A DNA stretch of 64,000 nt from Bacteroidaceae bacterium (GCA_017556585.1 JAFYMP010000044.1:26463-90462); one strand, 5' to 3'. Numbered from the stretch's first letter, positions 32,031 through 41,922 are shown. Notes: generated by a model not told the origin, from the sequence alone. A program made the numbers and translations.

Positions 32031-33380
32031 TTAGAATGTAAAGTCGAGTGACAAACCGAATGCTTCGCTCTTACGTGTATAGTTACAAGCTGTACTGTTT
32101 GCATTTGTAAATTCTCTGCCATCAAACATTGAGTGCAGATAACCTGCATTCAGCTTAAGCATATCGTTAATTTTATATGCAGCACCAAAGCTCAGTCCGT
32201 ATGAACTTGTGCTAAAGTTTGTATCTGACATATCTGAATCGGCAAAGCCAAGACCTGTACGCTGACCACCGCAGCTGATTGTCCATCTATCAGTGATATC
32301 CCATTCTGCACCTAATACAACTTCCCAGCTGTTATCGCCAGCCTTGATAGCAGAACCTTTGGCATCTTTATCCCAGAAATAGTGATAACCAGCAGCAACG
32401 CGAACTTCCGAGAATGAATATTCTGCGCCAAGTGCCAAATATGCAGGTATGTCTGTACGTACTATGTTACCATCGCCATAAACAGCTACAGCTGGAACTG
32501 TTGTTGCAAGAGCAGCAAGATTTGCGCTATTGTTTGCTTCGTTTTCCATAGCAATCTTTGTACGGAATTCATATTTAGCAGCCAAATTCAAGTCACCGAG
32601 TTTAACATCTACACCTAATATTGGAGTAAAGCCAAAATCGCTCTGAGTACAGTCAAGTTTATAATCTGAAAGAAGTGCGGCATACTGTGCCATTCCCGGC
32701 ATAAGCTGGAAAACAGGTGATGATGCTGTAATACCACCTATATTGATATTGCTGATAGAGCCCACATACGATGCTTTTGCCATAACTGTACGCAAACCAC
32801 CAAAAACAGATACCATATCTGCAATTTTATAAGTACCACCTACCTGAAGACCAAAGAAATACTGCTTTCCGGTAAGATTCTGGTCCAATGAATATGCGTT
32901 TGAACCTATCATGCTACCAAACTGATATGCCATACCTCCAATCAGTTCTTCAAACATAGGCAGACCATTTGCAAATTCGCAAGCTCCACCACCGCCGCCT
33001 ACTGCAAACTGAGCAGATACTGACCATTTATCATTAAAAACGTATGCAGCCTGGAATGAAGGGATAACAGGTGCAAATGTTTCACCTTCAAATAAACGAT
33101 CTTTAGACTGATTTTCTGTATTAAACATAAACAGAGGATTTGAAACATTCATCTGACGTTTCTGAGCAGCTGCCTGCCAGCTTAATGAAAGATGAAAACC
33201 TTCCGGCATAAAAGCTACACCTGCAGGGTTGCTATACACACCATCAATAGCAATTGCTGCATCGCGAGCAGGATTACGCAAATAAGTTGCATTCTGATTT
33301 GTATTTGTCAAAAGACCACCTGCAAAAGATGTTGCAGAAACCAAAAGTGCCATAGCACCAATAAAGAAATTCTTTTTCAT
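32031..33380 (-). CDS. outer-membrane transport protein, OMPP1/FadL/TodX family
   Basis: 449 aa. Signal peptide, a conserved GGLLTNTNQNATYLRNPARDA hatch-like N-terminus, amphipathic beta-strand pattern, and a terminal F. Confidence 0.78.
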   Translation of the reverse strand: MKKNFFIGAMALLVSATSFAGGLLTNTNQNATYLRNPARDAAIAIDGVYSNPAGVAFMPEGFHLSLSWQAAAQKRQMNVSNPLFMFNTENQSKDRLFEGETFAPVIPSFQAAYVFNDKWSVSAQFAVGGGGGACEFANGLPMFEELIGGMAYQFGSMIGSNAYSLDQNLTGKQYFFGLQVGGTYKIADMVSVFGGLRTVMAKASYVGSISNINIGGITASSPVFQLMPGMAQYAALLSDYKLDCTQSDFGFTPILGVDVKLGDLNLAAKYEFRTKIAMENEANNSANLAALATTVPAVAVYGDGNIVRTDIPAYLALGAEYSFSEVRVAAGYHYFWDKDAKGSAIKAGDNSWEVVLGAEWDITDRWTISCGGQRTGLGFADSDMSDTNFSTSSYGLSFGAAYKINDMLKLNAGYLHSMFDGREFTNANSTACNYTRKSEAFGLSLDFTF

Positions 33381-33409
33381 TTTGATAAAAATTTGGTTAA
33401 TTCTGGCTG

Positions 33410-33417
33410 CAAATATA
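33410..33417 (-). promoter_or_regulatory. -7 promoter box for the FadL-like gene and folB
   Basis: The plus strand reads CAAATATA, which is TATATTTG on the minus strand, 30 nt upstream of the ATG at 33380. Confidence 0.4.
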
Positions 33418-33484
33418 GTACATAAAACTATTCGTTATCCCCAAAATGCACACATTCGCAAATATTGTATAAAAAGAGCCGCTA

Positions 33485-33542
33485 TAGTAATAGGGTTAGG
33501 TTTGCTGGCATTGCCACCCTGCCCAAGTAAGTAGTGGAAACT
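33485..33542 (+). repeat. 58-nt direct repeat, copy A (solo copy of the left arm of the 33737-34004 element)
   Basis: Matches 33738-33795 at 55 of 58 positions: TAGTAATAGGGTTA(G/A)GTTTGC(T/G)GGCAT(T/A)GCCACCCTGCCCAAGTAAGTAGTGGAAACT. Confidence 0.9.
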
Positions 33543-33575
33543 TAATGACGTTACTGTAAGCTCGTAGTTAAAATA

Positions 33576-33607
33576 TTTGGAATTCCTTCAAAAAGGCATT
33601 ACTTTTG
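33576..33607 (+). promoter_or_regulatory. orphan -33/-7 promoter inside the ORF-free region
   Basis: TTTG at 33576-33579 and TACTTTTG at 33600-33607, with a 20-nt spacer. This matches the geometry of the other candidate promoters in the window. No CDS follows. Confidence 0.4.
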
Positions 33608-33613
33608 TACCAC

Positions 33614-33704
33614 CTTTGGTATGATTAGTTCATCATAACTATATGATAATGAGCCTCCCAGGCGAGCCGCAAGGCAGCATACTTGGGAGGCGTTCTTAAT
33701 TTTA
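33614..33704 (+). ncRNA. candidate ~90-nt small RNA (orphan promoter to terminator-like hairpin)
   Basis: Bounded by the promoter above and a hairpin GCCTCCCAGG / ACTTGGGAGGC (33653-33691). That hairpin has an inner GCC-GCAA-GGC GNRA-capped stem and is followed by GTTCTTAATTTT. Only trivial ORFs (18 aa or less) lie inside. The 5' end is inferred. Confidence 0.3.
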
Positions 33705-33736
33705 GGCGAGACTCAATATAATACTATCCACACAGA

Positions 33737-34004
33737 GTAGTAATAGGGTTAAGTTTGCGGGCATAGCCACCCTGCCCAAGTAAGTAGTGGAAACTGAGGG
33801 ACTATCTGTGAGGAGCGGAATAGCGCAGTGAGCCGGAAGAACGTTAAAAAACGGCGGTGTCTGAGGTACGTTAGACAGCGAATGCTGGCTAAAAGACCGA
33901 GTTCGCCGTTTTAGTTCTGTAGGTGAACGAAGCAGCTACGAACAGCTTGTCCTGAAGTTCCACTATAAACAAACGGAACCATAGCAAACTTAACCCTATT
34001 CTAC
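33737..34004 (+). other. ~270-nt nested rod-like imperfect palindrome (structured ncRNA or MITE-like element)
   Basis: Hand-paired nested helices. S1 is 33737-33758 with 33984-34004 (21 bp, 1 bulge). S2 is 33785-33802 with 33949-33965 (16 bp plus a tandem G-A/A-G). Next come CTGT/ACAG, then S3 at 33838-33856 with 33904-33918, then the S4 hairpin TGTCT/AGACA at 33858-33877. Confidence 0.5.
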
Positions 34005-34090
34005 GAACAACACAGCTACTGCACGAAACTCCACTAAACACTACTATAGTTTTTTAAAGATAAAACACACTACTTCAAACAAAAAAACAT

Positions 34091-34098
34091 TAACTTTG
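34091..34098 (+). promoter_or_regulatory. -7 promoter box for the O-antigen-ligase-like gene
   Basis: TAACTTTG lies 30 nt upstream of the ATG at 34129. It overlaps the TTG start used by the track ORF, which argues for the ATG start. Confidence 0.45.
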
Positions 34099-34128
34099 CA
34101 TCACAGAAAATTTAAACACACAGTTACT

Positions 34129-35763
34129 ATGAAAAGACTTTTAATCAAACTCAATGCAGTAGATTTACTTGCATCCACACTATTCCTGGTGTTTATCATC
34201 ACTTGGTTTAACAATCAAACAGAGGTAGCATTTCACAAAATGTATAGTATTGCTATATATGTTTTACCATACATTGTATTCAGATACATAGCATCAAAAG
34301 AATACTATTACTTTTGGAAAAGAATTATACTTATTATTCTTTCAGCCTGTGCAATCTGGCAATCCATATATGCCATTCTTCAAGTTATCGGTATTTGCGA
34401 ATCACACAATTTCATGTTCACCATAACAGGTTCTTTTCATAACCCGGGACCATTTGGCGGGTTTCTTGCAATATGCGCCAGTTTGTTTATACCCAGCATT
34501 CAAGAAGAGGCATACCGTTTTCTAAGAACTTTATACTACGTAGCCACCATATTTTGTATTATACTTTTACCGGCCACATTAAGCAGAACAGCTTTGTTGG
34601 CATTTGGAACAAGTATGCTGATATATGCCTTATCGTTTCAATATTTTAGAGATACAATAAAACGATACTGGATAATAGCAGTTGTGGGAATATCTCTATT
34701 GGGTGTTAGTGCTTATCTGTATAAAAAGGATTCTGCCAACGGCAGATTCTACATAAACAAGATTAGTGCCATAGCCATGAGAGATAATGGCTTTAAGGGT
34801 AGCGGATTAGGAAAATTCAGTACAACATACGGAGAAACGCAAGCTAATTACTTTGCGCCATATATAGATAATATAATAGAAGGTGACGCACCGGAAAAGA
34901 TTGAACAAGAACGGATGATTGCCGATTGCCCCGAATATGCCTTTAATGAATATATGGAGATAGGTGTGGAATGTGGCATAATAGGTATAGTAGCATTCAT
35001 TGTGCTTACCCTTACTGCCATTTGGATTCTATATAAAACAAAATCTATATGGTGCTACGGTCTAATTACACTTTCAATATTTGCACTGTTTTCATATCCT
35101 TTTAAAATGGCTGTGTTCTGCATTTTTGAAGGTTTATTTATTGCCATGGCTGGAATAAAGGCAAATAAAGGTATTAAAACTTATGCTCCTATACATATAA
35201 CAGCAATCCTGGCTATAACTTTTATTATAGCTGGATTCAGCAGAATCAGTTCTTCTAAAAAGGCAGAAAAGTTGTTAGAAAAATCTATTACCTTATACGA
35301 TATTAAATACTACGAAGCATTTGTAGAGGATTGTTATTCTTTAACCAAAGAGTTAACCCACAACTATAATTTTTTGTTTGCTTTAGGACAATCACTCAAC
35401 AAGTGTGGTGATTATAACAAAAGCGATTCTATTCTTATCTTGGGCAGTTCCATTAGTTGCGATCCTATGTTTTGGAATATAATGGGCAATAATGCCATAG
35501 CACAGGGAAATTATGAACGTGCAAAAGAGTGTTACACAAAAGCTTTCTGTATGATTCCAAACAGATTATATCCTCTCTCACTTTTGGCTAAGATGTATCA
35601 CGAAAACGGCGACACATCTGCCCTCCTCCACTTAAGCAATGCAATAAATAGTTTTACACCAAAAGTAGAGTCTGAACTCACCAAAGAGCTGAGAGAGGAG
35701 ATAAATTTAATTATTCATGAATCTTATTTACAAAAGCCCGCTCCAACTCCTGCGAGATATTGA
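34129..35763 (+). CDS. O-antigen ligase (Wzy_C)-like polytopic membrane protein with C-terminal TPR region
   Basis: About 12 hydrophobic helices, including the SRTALLAF-containing loop typical of WaaL/Wzy_C proteins. The C-terminal ~150 aa are TPR-like (NYERAKECYTKAFCMIPN). Confidence 0.65.
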   Translation: MKRLLIKLNAVDLLASTLFLVFIITWFNNQTEVAFHKMYSIAIYVLPYIVFRYIASKEYYYFWKRIILIILSACAIWQSIYAILQVIGICESHNFMFTITGSFHNPGPFGGFLAICASLFIPSIQEEAYRFLRTLYYVATIFCIILLPATLSRTALLAFGTSMLIYALSFQYFRDTIKRYWIIAVVGISLLGVSAYLYKKDSANGRFYINKISAIAMRDNGFKGSGLGKFSTTYGETQANYFAPYIDNIIEGDAPEKIEQERMIADCPEYAFNEYMEIGVECGIIGIVAFIVLTLTAIWILYKTKSIWCYGLITLSIFALFSYPFKMAVFCIFEGLFIAMAGIKANKGIKTYAPIHITAILAITFIIAGFSRISSSKKAEKLLEKSITLYDIKYYEAFVEDCYSLTKELTHNYNFLFALGQSLNKCGDYNKSDSILILGSSISCDPMFWNIMGNNAIAQGNYERAKECYTKAFCMIPNRLYPLSLLAKMYHENGDTSALLHLSNAINSFTPKVESELTKELREEINLIIHESYLQKPAPTPARY

Positions 35764-37453
35764 TAAGGAAATCGCCCATTCGTTCTAATTCGTTCACTAC
35801 ATCTATATAGTAAACACTGGTTTGATAGTTCTTATCACCATCTTCCATATTTTCTATTTCTGCATCACGCAAATTACTTCTCAAGCGATTGATGCGGTCT
35901 TCTGCATTATACGCATTTGCAATATCTGCAAGTTCACCTTTGTGAGCTGCTTCAAGATTCTCCAGCACCACTTGATAAGCCTCATCTACAACATTAACCA
36001 TATCATCAAGTTTATGCATCGTTTCAGCATCGAATTTCTTGTTATGGATATTCTTGCGAGAGAGAATACGGCTTATAGCTTCGCCCGAATCGCCCAGTGA
36101 TTCCAATTCGCCTATAATCTTATACATTGCCTTAATCTTAAAAGATGTAGCCTCACTGATATCGCCCATAGAGACAGCATTTAGGAATGCAGCAATTTCA
36201 TAATCTATCCTATCGGAAATCTCTTCGTATTTAACCAGCTTATTACGCAATTCTTCAAACTTATCACCATTACTCTCTGCAATAGCCTGTCTTGCATAAC
36301 CAAGTCCATTTCTTGATATTTGAGCAAAATGCATAATTTCATTAAAAGCCTGTTCTGTTGCAAGTTCAGGAGTAGCCAAAGGACCGGCTGAGATATATTT
36401 CAATCTAAACATTTCCTGCTCTTGGCTCTTAGGTGTCTTTATAATCCAAACAACTGCATTTTCTATGAACTTCACAAACCATATCAGAATACAGGTATTG
36501 ATAGTATTGAATAATGTATGCAACATAGACAATCCATATAGGGCTGCAGTACCTTCAGCAGATGTAGCACTACCTACAGCAAAACCATCTGCAGCAGGGT
36601 TTGGCAGACCGAAAAGTTCAATAATTCTACCTACAAGCATCAAGAATGGTTTAAAGAAGATTAATGCCCATACTACTCCAAACAGATTAAAAATAGTATG
36701 AGACATAGCAGCCCTCTTAGCCTGTGTATTACCTACCGATGCCGCAATATTTGCAGTAATTGTAGTACCAATATTTTCACCAAGTACCATAGCGCAAGCC
36801 ATATCAAATGGTATCCACCCCATACTGAGCATAATGAGTGTGATAGCCATTGTAGCCGATGATGACTGAAGCACAAGAGTAAGGGCAGTACCAAAAGCCA
36901 AGAATATGAGCACCGAACCAAAGCCATGGCTTGACCATGTCTTGACAAAATCCAGAACCTGTGGGGTTTCATTCAAATCGGGAACGGATTCCTTCATGAA
37001 TGAGAGTCCAAGAAACAACAAACAGAAACCCACCAGGAGTTCACCAATATTCTGTCTCTGATTCTTCTTTGAATTTGAGAAGAGGAATGCCAACGCCATT
37101 AATGGAACTGCAAGAATTGAAATATCTGCTTTGAACCCCAACCAGGAGACGAGCCAGGCAGTTACCGTAGTACCTATGTTAGCACCCATAATAACACCTA
37201 TAGCTTGTGCTAAAGTCAATAAACCTGCATTCACAAAACTAACCACCATAACGGTTGTTGCCGACGAAGACTGAATTACAGAAGTAATTCCCAAACCTGT
37301 CATAACCCCTTTAAATGGATTAGAAGTCATTGCAGTTAAGAATCCACGCAATTTATCACCGGAAGCTTTTTGTAAACCGGAACTCATTAAATTCATTCCG
37401 TATAGGAACATTCCTAATGCTCCCAAAAGTGTAAATACTTGAAGTATTGCCAT
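35711..37453 (-). CDS. Na+/phosphate cotransporter family protein (NptA-like with PhoU-like C-terminal domain)
   Basis: 580 aa. Duplicated Na_Pi_cotrans motifs (VIQSSSATTVMV, LQSSSATMAI) and a helical PhoU-like tail. Its 3' end overlaps the convergent upstream ORF by 53 nt. Confidence 0.85.
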   Translation of the reverse strand: MAILQVFTLLGALGMFLYGMNLMSSGLQKASGDKLRGFLTAMTSNPFKGVMTGLGITSVIQSSSATTVMVVSFVNAGLLTLAQAIGVIMGANIGTTVTAWLVSWLGFKADISILAVPLMALAFLFSNSKKNQRQNIGELLVGFCLLFLGLSFMKESVPDLNETPQVLDFVKTWSSHGFGSVLIFLAFGTALTLVLQSSSATMAITLIMLSMGWIPFDMACAMVLGENIGTTITANIAASVGNTQAKRAAMSHTIFNLFGVVWALIFFKPFLMLVGRIIELFGLPNPAADGFAVGSATSAEGTAALYGLSMLHTLFNTINTCILIWFVKFIENAVVWIIKTPKSQEQEMFRLKYISAGPLATPELATEQAFNEIMHFAQISRNGLGYARQAIAESNGDKFEELRNKLVKYEEISDRIDYEIAAFLNAVSMGDISEATSFKIKAMYKIIGELESLGDSGEAISRILSRKNIHNKKFDAETMHKLDDMVNVVDEAYQVVLENLEAAHKGELADIANAYNAEDRINRLRSNLRDAEIENMEDGDKNYQTSVYYIDVVNELERMGDFLINISQELERAFVNKIHE

Positions 37454-37457
37454 AAAC

Positions 37458-38414
37458 TTATACTATTTGATTAGAAATCAGATACCAATTATATGCCACA
37501 AAACATATAAACATCAACAATCCGCTTATTCTGTTAATCTTTCCTGTAAAACCTATCAGCAGTATCAATATTGCAGCAACTATCATAACTATGTAATCCA
37601 CAGATGTAATACCTGCCGATGTAAGTGGCATAACCTGCGAACTAAGTCCCAGGATTAGGGTGATATTAAAGATATTCGAGCCCACAATATTACCCAAAGC
37701 CATATCGGTATTCTTTTTTACTGCAGCAGCTACAGACGCAGCAAGTTCCGGCAGTGATGTTCCGCAAGCAATAAGTGTAAGAGATATAAAGGCATCGTTC
37801 ACTCCAAATCTCTTTGCTATAAGCACTGCATTGTCAACAAAGAAATCGCAACTGACTATTAATAATGCCAACCCGCCGACAACTTTAACTATCGCCAGCC
37901 ATAAAGGCGATTCTGCATCAGTTATCTGCTCTGTAGATTCGTTACCATCTTTTCTATCGCGAGCAAACGAATACCACATAAATCCCACAAAAGAGAGCAA
38001 CAGTATCCAACCATCAGCACGTCCTATAGTTGCAGCAGTTCCATCAAAGAAATTTAGGGCGAGTATCATCAACCATACAGACACTGCTATACATAAAGGT
38101 ATTTCAAACTTCATGTTTTTCTTTTCTATTGCAACAGGAAAGAAAAGTGCTGTAAGTCCCAGTATTCCCAATACATTAAAGATATTTGAGCCTACTACAT
38201 TACCAATGGCAACATCGGCATTTCCGTTCACCGCGCCCATAAAACTTACTACTAATTCGGGCATAGAGGTACCCACTCCCACTATTGCGGCACCTATTAC
38301 AAAATCGGAGACTCTATATCTTCTAGCCAAAGAAACAGCTCCTGAAACCAAATAATCAGCTCCAAAGACAATACCGGCCAGTGAAGCTATCAAAATTAAA
38401 TATTCCATAATCAC
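37458..38414 (-). CDS. Ca2+/Na+ antiporter (CaCA/YrbG family)
   Basis: 318 aa. Two alpha-repeat motifs (GTSMPELVVS and GNVVGSNIFNV; GTSLPELAAS and GNIVGSNIFNI). Confidence 0.85.
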   Translation of the reverse strand: MIMEYLILIASLAGIVFGADYLVSGAVSLARRYRVSDFVIGAAIVGVGTSMPELVVSFMGAVNGNADVAIGNVVGSNIFNVLGILGLTALFFPVAIEKKNMKFEIPLCIAVSVWLMILALNFFDGTAATIGRADGWILLLSFVGFMWYSFARDRKDGNESTEQITDAESPLWLAIVKVVGGLALLIVSCDFFVDNAVLIAKRFGVNDAFISLTLIACGTSLPELAASVAAAVKKNTDMALGNIVGSNIFNITLILGLSSQVMPLTSAGITSVDYIVMIVAAILILLIGFTGKINRISGLLMFICFVAYNWYLISNQIV

Positions 38415-38860
38415 AATAATTGCTGTATTGATTCCTTATCAACTTCATACACAATTGATGCAGGTTCGTAAACATAAGGCACATATTTGAATAGTTGCAA
38501 ATAAGCCTTATCGCCCGATTTGGCATAATATACATCCAATCTTAAAACATCTTCATTATCATTATCGGGCGGAAAAAGCATCATTCCCGGCTCACCCATA
38601 AGTGCACCTACAATTTCCGATTTTTTTTTCAAAGGATAGTAATATTCCAACTTCTTAAAATGTCCCTTTAGCTGCAGATTCTTATATTCGGTTTTATTAA
38701 TAAGTGCAACTACAATCCCGGAGACTATTAGAAAACAGCCAAAAACGGCAATAACCTGACCAAATGGCAAGAGTATCATTAATACACCTGCTATTATTAA
38801 AGCCACATATATAAAGGTATCCATTAAAGAATGGACTTTAACGAATTCTGAATTTATCAT
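38411..38860 (-). CDS. hypothetical small membrane protein
   Basis: 149 aa. Two N-terminal TM helices, then a soluble domain. Its stop overlaps the antiporter start by 4 nt, so the two are co-transcribed. I recognise no motif. Confidence 0.5.
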   Translation of the reverse strand: MINSEFVKVHSLMDTFIYVALIIAGVLMILLPFGQVIAVFGCFLIVSGIVVALINKTEYKNLQLKGHFKKLEYYYPLKKKSEIVGALMGEPGMMLFPPDNDNEDVLRLDVYYAKSGDKAYLQLFKYVPYVYEPASIVYEVDKESIQQLL

Positions 38861-38941
38861 AATCTGTTTTATTTAGTATGTTGAATATCAAATAAATGGA
38901 CACACTTATTACTATGTCCTAAAGAGAAACAGATTATGAGA

Positions 38942-39310
38942 CTAAATGATATATCTTCGCAGAATAGTAAGATGAGAATGTTTATTTGTTATAAGCCCTG
39001 TAAAAAAGGACGATAAACCTGCATTATTCTTTAATGTATATACAAAAGAATCCAATTTAAAAACGGCAGAAAACATCAGACTGTTTCTGGAGTTCTGTTT
39101 TAATCGTTTTTGGGATTGTTCACGGGATACTTTTACATGTATGCTGTTTGTTAGCAGACCACTCTGCTCAATAACGAAATCACTTCCTGAATCATATACG
39201 ACATCTTCTATACAGCAAGCCTGTTCTATCTCCGAAACACAAGATGTTTCCGCAGAGCTAGAAAACAGAGCCACACAAAGCAGCAATATATAACGGCATA
39301 GCATTACCAT
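38942..39310 (-). CDS. hypothetical small secreted protein
   Basis: The track ORF starts at TTG 39352. The ATG at 39308-39310 gives MVMLCRYILLLCVALFSSSAETSC, a plausible signal peptide. No recognisable domain. Confidence 0.35.
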   Translation of the reverse strand: MVMLCRYILLLCVALFSSSAETSCVSEIEQACCIEDVVYDSGSDFVIEQSGLLTNSIHVKVSREQSQKRLKQNSRNSLMFSAVFKLDSFVYTLKNNAGLSSFFTGLITNKHSHLTILRRYII

Positions 39311-39468
39311 AACGCGCGCAAAATTACAGAAAAAATCAGAACTGCAATCCAAGCAGCCTATTTATAAAGAATATTTCACAAATAATATAATGATAGTATG
39401 CCCCCAAAAGTGTTTGACGAACTTTTTGGGGGCATATCAATTAAAATCGTATGTATTTTGCTTACTTT

Positions 39469-41901
39469 TTACATCTCTACCTCTACATTGCAAACTGAAC
39501 CTACAGGCATAATTGGAATAATATCACCATCTATAAGCTTACCATCAACTTTTAATGATCTAATACCCTTCATTGAACCCGACAGATTCTTAACCTCAAT
39601 ATTATAGGTAGCACCACGGAATTGACGCTGAACATTATATCCTTTCCAGTCTGCAGGAATACATGGCTCAACTTTTAGACCCGAATAGGTTGGTTTAATA
39701 CCCAGGATAAACTGAGTTATAGTATAGTAGTTCCATGCTGCAGTACCTGTAAGCCATGAATTCTTACCTTCACCGGGACGGAAAGCGTCCTTTCCTGCAA
39801 CCATTTGAGAATATACGTATGGTTCTACTTTATGTAGCTTTTGGTCTTTTATGTATGCAGGACATATCTTTCTGTAATAATCCCATGCGGCATTACCATT
39901 ACCACGAACAGTTTCACCTATTATAACCCAAGGATTATTATGGCAGAATATACCGGCATTCTCTTTATAACCTGCCGGATAACTGGAAATCTCACCATAC
40001 TCTATGTAATATTTTGTAAAGGCAGGATTATTCAGAACTATTCCATGTTCGCAGTCCAATCGCTCTTTTACAGAATCCAGGGCTTTATCTACCAATCCTT
40101 CTTCCAGACCTATACCTGCCATAGTGCACCAGCCGTTTGATTCAATAAATATCTTACCCTCTTCATTTTCGTTAGAGCCCACCTTATTGCCATAATAATC
40201 GTATGCACGCAGGAACCATTCTCCGTCCCAACCGTACTTTTTAACAGCCTCAACCATATCATCAATAGCCTTTTGAGCTTCGGCAGCTTCAGTTTCTTTA
40301 CCCAACTGTCTGCAGAGTTCCACATAATCGCGTCCGCTGAATACAAAAAGACCGGCTATCATAAGGCTCTCTGCTTTGCTACCTTCAGTCTTATTTTCTG
40401 TAGTCTGGAAGCTTTCGTTAGGATCATTAGAGAAACAGTTCAAATTCAGGCAGTCATTCCAGTCAGCACGACCTATCAACGGCAATCCGTGAGGTCCCAG
40501 ATTATTTACAACGTGTTCAAACGAGATCTTTAGATGCTCAAACAGACTCTTTTCGCGACCCGGCTGATTATCGAATGGAACTGGTTCGTCAAGAATTGAG
40601 AAATCGCCTGTTTCACGCAGATAACCCACTGTTCCGAATATCAGCCACATTGGATCATCGTTAAAACCACCACCTATTCCGTCGTTACCACGTTTGGTAA
40701 GTGGTTGATATTGGTGATAACAGCCACCATCAGGGAACTGTGTAGATGCAATATCTATTATTCTCTCTCTGGCTCGCTCCGGAATCTGGTGTACAAAACC
40801 AATCAAATCCTGATTAGAATCACGGAATCCCATGCCACGTCCTATGCCGCTTTCAAAGAAAGATGCAGAGCGTGAGAAACAGAATGTTATCATACACTGA
40901 TACTGATTCCAGATATTAACCATGCGGTTCAACCTATCATCGTCACTCCGGACAGTATATATCTGCAACAATTTATCCCAATAGTTACACAATTCAGCAA
41001 ATGCGGCATCAACCTTTTCAACTGTATCAAGTTTTGCCAAGGTCTGCTTTGCACGTGCCTTATTTATTACACCCTTGCTTTCAAATTTCTCTTCCTGAGG
41101 ATTTTCAACATAACCCAGAACAAAAATCAAATCCTTGCTCTCGCCTGCTGCCAGTTCCACCTCTATATAGTGCGATGCAATAGGAGACCAGCCATGCGCC
41201 ACAGAATTGCGTGGCTTGCCTTCCAGCACCGTTTGCGGTTCATCAAATCCGTTATAGAGTCCAAAGAAGGTCTCTCTATCTGTTTCAAAACCTTGAATAG
41301 GAGCATTCACAGAATAGTATGCATAGTGATTTCTGCGCTCCTTATATTCTGTCTTGTGATATATGGTAGAACCATCAATTTCAACTTCACCAGTAGAAAA
41401 GTTTCTTTGGAAATTTTCCATGTCGGTAGCTGCATTCCACAAACACCACTCTACAAACGAAAAGAGTTTGATCTGTTTATTTTCTGTAGATGTATTGGTG
41501 AGTGTCACCTTTTGCACCTCTGCCCAAGTTTTTAATGGAACAAAGTATAGCACACTTGCTTCAATACCGTTTTTACTACCTACAATCTTAGTGTAGTTCA
41601 TACCATGACGACATTCATAACTGTCTAATCTGGTTTTACAGGGTTTCCAACCAGGATTCCAGATATCTTTTCCATCGTTTATGTAGAAATACTTACCACC
41701 ACTATCCATTGGAACATTGTTATAGCGGTATCTGGTTATTCTGCGAAATTTTGCATCCTTACAGAAAGAATAACCACCGGCTGTATTAGATATCAGGCTA
41801 AAGAAATCTTCTGTACCCAAATAGTTTATCCAGGGCCAGGGAGTACGCGGTTCTGTAATTACATACTCTCTGTTTTTATCATCAAAAAATCCGTATTCCA
41901 T
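39469..41901 (-). CDS. GH94 disaccharide phosphorylase (cellobiose/chitobiose phosphorylase family)
   Basis: 810 aa. Characteristic N-terminus [29 protein letters not shown] and the catalytic-region motif RADWNDCLN. Confidence 0.9.
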   Translation of the reverse strand: MEYGFFDDKNREYVITEPRTPWPWINYLGTEDFFSLISNTAGGYSFCKDAKFRRITRYRYNNVPMDSGGKYFYINDGKDIWNPGWKPCKTRLDSYECRHGMNYTKIVGSKNGIEASVLYFVPLKTWAEVQKVTLTNTSTENKQIKLFSFVEWCLWNAATDMENFQRNFSTGEVEIDGSTIYHKTEYKERRNHYAYYSVNAPIQGFETDRETFFGLYNGFDEPQTVLEGKPRNSVAHGWSPIASHYIEVELAAGESKDLIFVLGYVENPQEEKFESKGVINKARAKQTLAKLDTVEKVDAAFAELCNYWDKLLQIYTVRSDDDRLNRMVNIWNQYQCMITFCFSRSASFFESGIGRGMGFRDSNQDLIGFVHQIPERARERIIDIASTQFPDGGCYHQYQPLTKRGNDGIGGGFNDDPMWLIFGTVGYLRETGDFSILDEPVPFDNQPGREKSLFEHLKISFEHVVNNLGPHGLPLIGRADWNDCLNLNCFSNDPNESFQTTENKTEGSKAESLMIAGLFVFSGRDYVELCRQLGKETEAAEAQKAIDDMVEAVKKYGWDGEWFLRAYDYYGNKVGSNENEEGKIFIESNGWCTMAGIGLEEGLVDKALDSVKERLDCEHGIVLNNPAFTKYYIEYGEISSYPAGYKENAGIFCHNNPWVIIGETVRGNGNAAWDYYRKICPAYIKDQKLHKVEPYVYSQMVAGKDAFRPGEGKNSWLTGTAAWNYYTITQFILGIKPTYSGLKVEPCIPADWKGYNVQRQFRGATYNIEVKNLSGSMKGIRSLKVDGKLIDGDIIPIMPVGSVCNVEVEM

Positions 41902-41922
41902 TTTAAATGTATCAAAAAAAGA

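Noticed and set aside
33421-34100. The ORF-free region as a known housekeeping RNA (RNase P, tmRNA, SRP/4.5S, cobalamin riboswitch)
   Set aside because: It lacks the hallmark strings I can recall. There is no GGAAAGTCCGGGC-type P4 for RNase P, no tRNA-like 3' end or tag ORF for tmRNA, no GGAA-capped domain IV helix for SRP, and no ordered B12-box. The match ATGCTGGCTAA to an RNase P P10-12-like string is isolated. The region is therefore left unassigned.
37660-38355. 231-aa plus-strand ORF
   Set aside because: It is entirely antisense to the well-supported CaCA antiporter (duplicated GTS.PEL and GN.VGSNIFN motifs). Its low-complexity A/S/T/P-rich translation has no motifs, so it is a shadow ORF.
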